From Trichoplax sp. H2 (lineage: Eukaryota): a stretch of 49,427 nucleotides of DNA. The translations under genes and the position numbers were made by a program. The DNA is taken from contig NOWV01000222.1 in NCBI GenBank assembly GCA_003344405.1, positions 62,001-111,427 on the forward strand, in the 5' to 3' direction. A model generated the notes under the pieces. That model was not told the origin of the DNA. It made no database searches and worked only from the letters and a program-made list of their open reading frames with translations. Shown piece after piece: positions 41,401-49,427 of the stretch (positions are counted from its first letter, which is position 1; the number at the start of each line of letters is the position of its first letter).

Positions 41401-41414
41401 CTCCCTTAACCTAA
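35462..41414 (+). CDS. KMT2E: KMT2E/MLL5-SETD5 family PHD finger + (likely inactive) SET domain protein
   Basis: Spliced translation includes [44 protein letters not shown]...[27 protein letters not shown]...[57 protein letters not shown]. All are MLL5/SETD5 hallmark blocks. There are many small exons and some internal boundaries are approximate. Confidence 0.93.
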
Positions 41415-42170
41415 GGCGGAATCGCTTGATTTTGTCTTCATTTACTGTTGTATACTGGAGTATTGCTGATTGCAATTTTATGAATTTCCGTTTTTAATGT
41501 ATAAAAAATTTCTTTCTGTTTTCACGTGGCTTTGTTTCTAAAAATTCCTTTAAATCTCTTCTTGTAATATTTGCAACTGTATCCGAAAATGTTGAATGTA
41601 CGGAATATCGTGATCAACTTGGCAATAATGTAAAAATTACAATTGCAATTTCTATTCATGAAAGAATCAGAATTAGCGTGATGCTAATAACAGTTATTAA
41701 CATATTTGCAAAAGAATAGAAGATGCTCGCAATTCTTGTAAAATAGACAATAGATTGTAGCTAATGACACTCAGCTCCATATGAGTATTTCGTCCATCAC
41801 ATCAAGAATTTTTTTGTACATTCAGAATTTTGAAGATTTAGCTTGCTTTATTTCAAAATATTAAAATTTTTCACAACCAACTTACAATGGTATTACCTGA
41901 CAATAATAGGTTTGCAATAAAGAGAATGCTTACAAAACCTGTTACTGTATAAATTACAGTTAATAATAATAGCTATGAGAAGATCTTTGGGTATATCGTA
42001 GCCAAACCAATTGCTATTTGGTATTTACGCGAGACTGCCCAACATATGTGGTTCACAAAATGGCGTTAATGTTAGAATAATCCATCAATCGCTAGTTGAA
42101 CTGAAGTAAATGGGCAAATTTCCAGAAGTCGAATATTGTTCAGTGCAGTAGTCTTGAGACAGTAACTATT

Positions 42171-44942
42171 TTAGAACGATTTCTAGAACAAAATGGAAGA
42201 ATATTGTACGAATTAATTTGTGCAGAATGCGTCTAAATTACATAGCAAATATGTCATTAGTAATATACATACGAGTTTATAGCTATCGACGCATTTACTG
42301 AAGGCCTGTACTTCTTTCGAACATATTAACGGCTTGGAATTATTTTTACTTAAGCATTCTACGAGTGCATCTTGTAAATCTTGACAAACACCTACATTGA
42401 TGGGCTCCCTATTTTCAAAAAAAATTTTTTATAACACAATCAATTCCATTGTACTGTAGTAACGGTAAGCCTAGTTAGACTATTTTTAGTCCCTTTAATC
42501 AAAGTAAAAATTAAAAGACTTTTTAATCCTAATTGATATTGTGAGATTGTTAGAACAATTAAAATCATCACAAGTGCATATTTGATAATCTCGAAGGCTT
42601 GAATATAAAGCTAAACATACATGGTACTACAATATTTGTATCATTATGTCATACTATCAATCCACTATACAGATTAATACAGTATAATTACAATCGTAAC
42701 ATGGAATGTACATAATTACTGTATACGCTGGAATTGTTGTAACTATTAGATATTAGTTGTTAATCACGAATAATATGGCTGTCGCAACGGCAGTCAGTCC
42801 TTACTTAAATTTTTGACCAAATTCTTCCGCTGCTTTATTAAATTCTTCCTCTGTTACCTTCTTTTCAACCTCGGCCTATCAACATAATTGCGAAAAATTA
42901 TAGCTCTATCAGTTGCCAGTACATGTATTTGAGGGAATAGCTGCAACACAATTAGTAGATATATCTGATCTATATTGCCAACTTAAACTAATTTAATGTT
43001 ATCCTAGCCGGTATTGAAATGATTATTGAAGTATGCTGATTATATGTGAAGGCGAGGGATCAAAACTGTTGTGGAATTAACCCCTGAGATTGAAAGTCTA
43101 CATGTTAACAACGATCATCTACATTGACGAAGCTAACCTAGTATCAACTCGAGCACATCTAAGTTTGCATTCTACTACTTTCTTAATAGAAATATGATAG
43201 CAGCGTCTCTTCTTTCATACCTCTTGCTTTAATTTATCCACTTCTTCCTGCCAATTAGCATTTAACTCTGATATCTCTTGAAATTTCATTCTTTCCATTC
43301 GTTCATTTTCATGCCGCATGCCCTAGTTATTGTTTTATCAAATAATAATTTCACCATCAAATTTGAGCACGGAATTGACTATTAACAATAATCGTAATAT
43401 CATAATATCTAAGCCAAGCTGAGCATTTGTGAAATACGAATTTTTCAGCATAGTTACGAACACGATGGCATAATCGATAGTAGAAACAGCTACTGTACTT
43501 TAAATTTGGTCAATATTAAAGTTATAATGGCAAAAATATTTCCATCAATAAAATGAAGCATTTTAAGCAATTAAACAGTTCTATTTCATGTATGGCTTAA
43601 TTTTCAAGCTACAGCTTTGTATTTTCTTTATTTACCTCCGTATAAGCCTTGTGCATTAATTTCTTAACTTTATCATTTTGAGCTAAATCTTCGATACGGT
43701 TGGAATCTTGATGGTTGATTTATTGAAATACCAGGCAACATCCAGGAATGATATCGAAAAGAGGCGTTAGTTCGTATCAACGTTAACATAGTATACATTT
43801 CCCGACGAAAACTCGTTATTGTACTGCATATATTTCTTATTGAAGAGAAGTCATATTTTAATACTATAGTGTCAAGTTGAGAATTTACATGTTGTAGAGG
43901 TGCGTAGAGGTCATTAATATGACTAAGGTGCACCATGGACTACTAGAAATTGTACCGATATAATTTCTAACAGTTCATAGGTGTACAAAATGATAGCAAG
44001 CAAAAGATTCTACAATAATTTCAGCTTACCTTGCGCTGATGTATTTGATAACTGTTCCAGAGCTTTCTGTGATAGCTAAAATATAGAATGAGAATAATCT
44101 CAGAAACAGCTTACAGAATGAAGAAATGGGGAGGCTTAACCTACACAGCGATAGACATATCTTTCCATACCTGAGCAGTGAGTACTCGAAGACTATACAG
44201 GTATTCTCAGTATAAAATATATTATTAGTTATGTGTTATAGCGCTACTGCAACTGGTGATAATAAGGAACATTTCATATTGAAAGATTATGATATCTGTC
44301 TAGTATAACAGGCCCAATAATAATTCATCGACACTCTTTATAGTATTTACAGGAGAAAGGTCTATTGAACAGGAGTAAATTCTTTCTTATCAACAGATTG
44401 CACCATAGCGATGGCAATCCTTTCTACTACCCCCTAACCGCTCATCTATATTACTGAAAGCATATTCAATATGGTATTACAACAGCTAACAACAATATCA
44501 AGATTCCATTTTAACACGCTATAACATTGAATTGATACAGCGAAGTCCAGCAATTATAAACTATCCACATAGTAATGGTTGGGAGAGAAAGTCTACCTAT
44601 TCTTTATTCGCATTGCTGTTTACTTCAACTTATGCATCACTCTATACAACACTTGATAATAACGACAATATGACTCCTTTCATGACAGTCTTAACGGTAT
44701 TTAATGTCCATAAATCATAGTAGAAAACCACTAGACTAAAGCGATCTAGCTAATTCATCACTACAATAACAAATAGCACTATACGAAGCGATTGCAGGAT
44801 TGCTAATGTTCATTTCTGCTATTCTAGTTTGCAGCAAAATGTCCAAAGCTGTGAACATCTTCTTACAACATACCACAAAAACGCCACCATCAGGCTGCTT
44901 TTCGAAAGTTACACGCTGTTCTTGAGATTGCCCAGCACCCAT
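42171..44942 (-). CDS. CHCHD3: MICOS subunit MIC19/MIC25 (CHCHD3/6 family), ~160 aa
   Basis: Exons 44942-44874, 44075-44030, 43682-43636, 43322-43221, 42875-42805, 42408-42273, 42182-42171. N-terminus MGAGQSQEQRVTFE (myristoylation MGxxxS plus RVTFE), coiled coil, EEFNKAAEEF, twin CX9C (CQDLQDALVEC...CSKEVQAFSKC). Confidence 0.9.
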
Positions 44943-45956
44943 TTCGCTGTGCTGGACAGTAGACCGCAATTAAATCCTCAATTTGATCAAGGAAAGGAAT
45001 AATATTTCTACTCTAATAGGATGATCAAGATGGAGGCAAGCTCTCTACCAGGTCGAAGGAGGTTGTGGAAACGAAGCTGCCACTACTTGAGAAGCCAACC
45101 TTTTACCGTGACGAAATTATACTGCTCTACTATGGACTTTTGTATCATGTTCCAGTATCGATACTTGACGTATATAGGCCATCTCCTGCAGTTATCATGG
45201 CTATACCAACTTGATGCATTCATCCTTTATAGCTCTACTATAAGCTACTAGCCATGTTTTGGTATCAATACTTCAGATTGACTGATAGGCAACAGGGCGG
45301 TCTACTCGATCTTCCTTGTTCCCCTGTCCGAGCGTCCAATCGTCCAAAAACTGCAAGCTGGTGGAAACAGTAGTACTGTATTGCAATCCATACGGTACCT
45401 GACAATAGTTCAATCACTATAGAATAGCGTAGGCTAAGTTCCTTATAGATGAATAAGCTCAAGATTGGGTTAACTAACTATCATTATTTATTGTTAATTG
45501 TGAATTAGATTTAGAATAAAGCAAAAACAAGCAAATAAAACGAGTAGAAGCTCATCTTTGTACATTTAAGATCATAATTATACTGTAGACTAACGTGAAA
45601 CGAATTGAAGCGGTATCGAAAAGCCCAATAATTATATTTAATTCGGTGTATTATTAGTAATGGTAGATAACTAGTTATTAGTTCTAATTTATCATTATAT
45701 AACTATGACAATATTAAAGGTCACATAATCAATTGCAAAAGCAAATCCATTTGTATATAGAAATAAAATTTAGACTAAGTAACAAGCTATCAGTTCTGAT
45801 TGATCATTAAAAAGAAGTATACCGGTATTCAAGATCATTCAATCAAGAGCTTTAGATATAATGCAGCTAGATAGGGTTATCGGCTGCTAAATGGACACAT
45901 TGGCCGGTATATATATTATAACAATTCCCGTTCATTGTGAATCAATATAGACAATC

Positions 45957-46313
45957 ATATATATATATATATATATAGCATTAGCTTTAGATATGGAGGA
46001 CCTAGATATTATAGCGCTGCGATAGCACTTGTTACTGACTCTTGCCGTTCATTGTGAACAAAGGCCGATAGCTATTATTAAATAAAATTAGGCTAAATTT
46101 TTATCCAGGTTAGAAATGAAACAGGTACGTTAATCTCCTGATACGTATCTTCATCACATTAATGCAATGGTAAATCTTACGGCTATAATTTTAGCTAGCT
46201 TGTTCATACCATAAATTTGAAGGTCTTCGATAGACTAGATTTCTAAAGAAAATTGTATATCGATGTTGTATGTAACATAATTAATATACTATATACATAT
46301 ATATATATATATA
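45957..46313. repeat. Two short (AT)n microsatellites (45957-45977, 46297-46313)
   Basis: Directly visible runs. Confidence 0.9.
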
Positions 46314-47872
46314 CCCGTATAGAATCCTCCATGCCAGTTAAAGCAGTATGAAGTATCAAAAAGTTAAGAAAGTACACGTATGGATCTATACCATGTTATA
46401 CTACATAACACATATATACAATATACTATCGCATTAGTTATATTCAAGACTGTAGATGCCGTTTATATTAATATGCTATGGTATTAGTCTACTCGTATAA
46501 TTATTAGTGATAAGGAACGGCTTGAATTGAAAGCATATCTGGGTATAGCAACCATTTTTTTGTAGAAATTGAAAATTTAGTACAGGAATTGTCTCTGTCA
46601 GTAAAGCGACATGAATTGTGCTAATAATTAATTAATTATAGAATCGACTAAACACGCTCTTTAAGACTATATAATAAATTAAGGAAGCATCTAAATTCCT
46701 CTACACACAGTAAAGATATGATGACAATTACAGGATAGATTTAAGATACTTTAGTAAGCTGTTAATAAATATACAGAAATATCTATTTACTCTACTGTAC
46801 ACATGGGTCCATCTCATAGTATTAGCATAGTAATTATATTTGTAACAATAGACTAAATGAACATCATAGGAAAGTGCATAGCAAGTACATGGCTCAAAAA
46901 CCTATCCGGCAATTATTACCAGGCGGACAAAGTACGCTATTAAAATTGTTGCAGGCATAAGCCCTCTAGACATAACTATAAACTATGCTACTTAGATTCT
47001 TGCTTGTTATATGTACATCGAACGTATTCGAGCATTATTACAGTACTAGATGGTAGATACGTACCTTGTAATTTATATTTACTTCTGTATGATCTCAGCA
47101 ATAAGAACTCTACTCGTATTCACGTCATCCAAATTTCAGTATTATCGTATGACACTAGTTGGGCACACGAGTATGATGCATGCGTACATCATTTATTTTA
47201 TCCTCTTGTGTTAAACTGCATATACCTGGGTAAGCTCTATATGATACTGTACACTAATTTTAAACGAGGTACCGAATGTACCCTTATCGACCTTGATAAA
47301 CAGTCTAGTTCAAGCTTTACTGGAACAATGGTATGTATTCTTGAATTAAACGGCAAAGTATCGATCCTAAATTCTCAATATATTACAGATTGAATTTTCA
47401 AATGAGATTACTTAAAGTTAAGTTTCATAATTATCAACTACAATAAGTTTCGCTTTGATTTTTGTGTCTTTAATTTTATTCCTGTTAATGAAAGAGTGTA
47501 CAAACCCTACATAAATATACATTAAATTATCTTTACTACCTAGGCAGCAAACATAGGAGCAAACGCTAAACTATGAAGATATAAAATCCGTATCTACCGC
47601 AGAAACCGTTCATAAACCAACAAGTACTTCGTTAAATGAAGCACTATATGCGGCGACTAAGTGAATGCTCTCGAAGACTTAGACTAATTTCGAAAAATTT
47701 CGCATTAAAGGTACGTTAAGTAAAATTATGGTCGTATCATACAAATCATATACAGATAAAATTATAAGTCTATACAAGCAGCGGTTTGCAGAACACTTTT
47801 TATCCAGTCTAAATTCGAATTACTATAATTTGTGTGAACACTGTACAGTATTTCATAAATAAGCCAAACTCT

Positions 47873-49427
47873 TCAGTCTATTGATGATCTAGTAGAAGAA
47901 ACGCAAAAATTAATTCATTACATCGGTCATTGAGCGTAAAATAGGTGTGTTGTAAACAAACATTAGGCAAACGTTAACATTACCCTGAAAACTGAAAATT
48001 GGGTTGTGAACCAAGATCGTTAACATTACCCTGCTGATCCTTATCAACATTTGTACAAACTTTAGATTTATCCGACTGCAAGGAAATGTTTGGCTGAAGT
48101 AAAAATGCCTTCGCACCGTCCATATTCCTATAATTAGCATATATCAAAGATCCAGCCCCTGCAAATGTTAAACCAGTAGAACTTAATTTCTTTGGCAAGG
48201 TCGAAGGCGAAGCAGATAAAGTGCGTTCATCGTTACAGTTATTAGAAATGACGACATGCCCATACTCTTTTGTATAATCGCCATCAAAACGATCCTGCTG
48301 GTAACAGTTTCGCATGTTTAATAGATTACCTTGCAAATTATCCTTATTGCCAGCAACAGTCATGCCACCATCCAAAATCTTAGCGGAGTCATCAGAAGAT
48401 TCTGAAGAAGACAAAATTGCATCATTTAAGGTCTCATGTCGATCATTTTCTAGTGTATGTAAATTTGCTTGTGTCAACGATTGGCACATTGATGATAAAT
48501 TGCAATTACCAGTAGAACGCTCAAATGAAAGTCCTATTGAATTTTCAGATGCTAAAGTACTTTCAATTTTTTTATTAGCGTCTACTCCAGTAATCCCACA
48601 ATTTGCAATCTTGATTCCACGTTCTTCAACAACTACGGCATTTGAGTCATTAGGTAAGCTTGTTGACTTACAGTCAAGCAGTTCAATACAATCTTCAACA
48701 ACTGATTTGAAAGTATTCGCTATCTCTGGTGTTTTAAAGCGTGCACATAACTGTTCCGGATTTCCAGTACCTTCAGAATAATCTGCGGGTGTATACCATA
48801 CCCAACTCTTATTCGAGCCTAAACTTGGTTCTAAACGCATATCTTTACTAATATAATGATTAGCGCAAACTTTATGAATCTGATCGCGACGCATTATAAT
48901 TCTAAATCGATTTTCTTCTACGGTATGCTTAAGAATCTTTATTTCGCCGACACCCCTTTCTTTCCATTGCTTCGCTGTTTTATCGAATCGAAATAGTTTA
49001 CATCGTTCTTTATATGTAATTTCTTCGTTTTCTTCTCCTGTAACTATAGTTACATCCTTCGACAAAGTAATAACCGGTTTAAAATCAACATCTGGTGTAA
49101 ATTCTTCCGGATTCTCATTACCATCTTCGTTATCGTTATTTGATAGTGCTTTTGCAAAGAGAGGTTTACTAGCATTTGGAAATATAAAACTCGATGGCTT
49201 ATTCTCTGAAGTAGATATATCACTTGTAGTTTGAGCAGCTAATGACGCAAATGATGTTTTATGACTAGCATCTTGATTGAATTTAAACATATAATTTGTT
49301 TCAGGTATTTCTGATTTATCGTTATTCGCATTCTTTTCGACGCTATCGGATGATTGAGATGATAATGATGGGATCGATGTTACGTTATTATCGATTTTTT
49401 GATTAAATTTGAATAAAGATTTCGATT
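47873..49427 (-). CDS. RANBP2: RanBP2/Nup358-like nucleoporin, 3' part with one Ran-binding domain (5' truncated by window edge)
   Basis: The frame is open from the right edge, with FKFN repeats, SFASLAA, then RanBD FKPVITL...TGEENEE...RCKLFRFD...WKERGVGEIKIL...RIIMRRDQIHKVCANHYI...SWVW...DYSE...EQLCARFKT. It ends at TAA 47980 or via a GG|gtaatg donor to a tiny last exon (47888-47873, SSID*). The long in-frame flanks argue against small RanBP1. Confidence 0.8.

Noticed and set aside
41255..41410. U12-type signals ATATCCTTT and CCTTAAC at the KMT2E 3' end
   Set aside because: Both lie inside in-frame exons bounded by ordinary GT-AG sites, and no suitably spaced U12 acceptor follows.
48314..48781. 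155-aa plus-strand ORF
   Set aside because: Antisense shadow of the RanBP2-like exon.

Overview
Eukaryotic, AT-rich, intron-dense animal genomic DNA. The compact introns and gene set suggest an early-branching metazoan such as the placozoan Trichoplax; this is inference and the species cannot be proven from the window. I spliced seven genes by hand, most of which the ORF track misses or shows only as fragments. In order: (1) the 5' part of a signal-peptide + C-type lectin domain (CTLD) gene (minus, 208-2860); (2) a CRELD-family gene (7738-12722); (3) an adhesion GPCR with 2xCTLD, Ser/Thr stalk, GAIN/GPS and 7TM (~15858-27193); (4) TIM17 (31249-33152); (5) a KMT2E/MLL5-SETD5 PHD + SET gene (35462-41414); (6) MIC19/CHCHD3 (minus, 42171-44942); (7) the 3' end of a RanBP2/Nup358-like gene (minus, ~47873 to beyond 49427). 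A GC-richer ~90-105 bp tandem-repeat element occurs on both sides of a 20-N gap (28470-30375). Top observation: the single CRELD gene appears able to encode both a CRELD1-type two-TM membrane form and a CRELD2-type soluble ER-retained form (C-terminal HEEL) by alternative 3' splicing. Other notable points are the paralogous microexon layout shared by the two CTLD genes flanking CRELD, and the variable-copy repeat element. No rRNA, tRNA, CRISPR or autonomous transposon was recognised.
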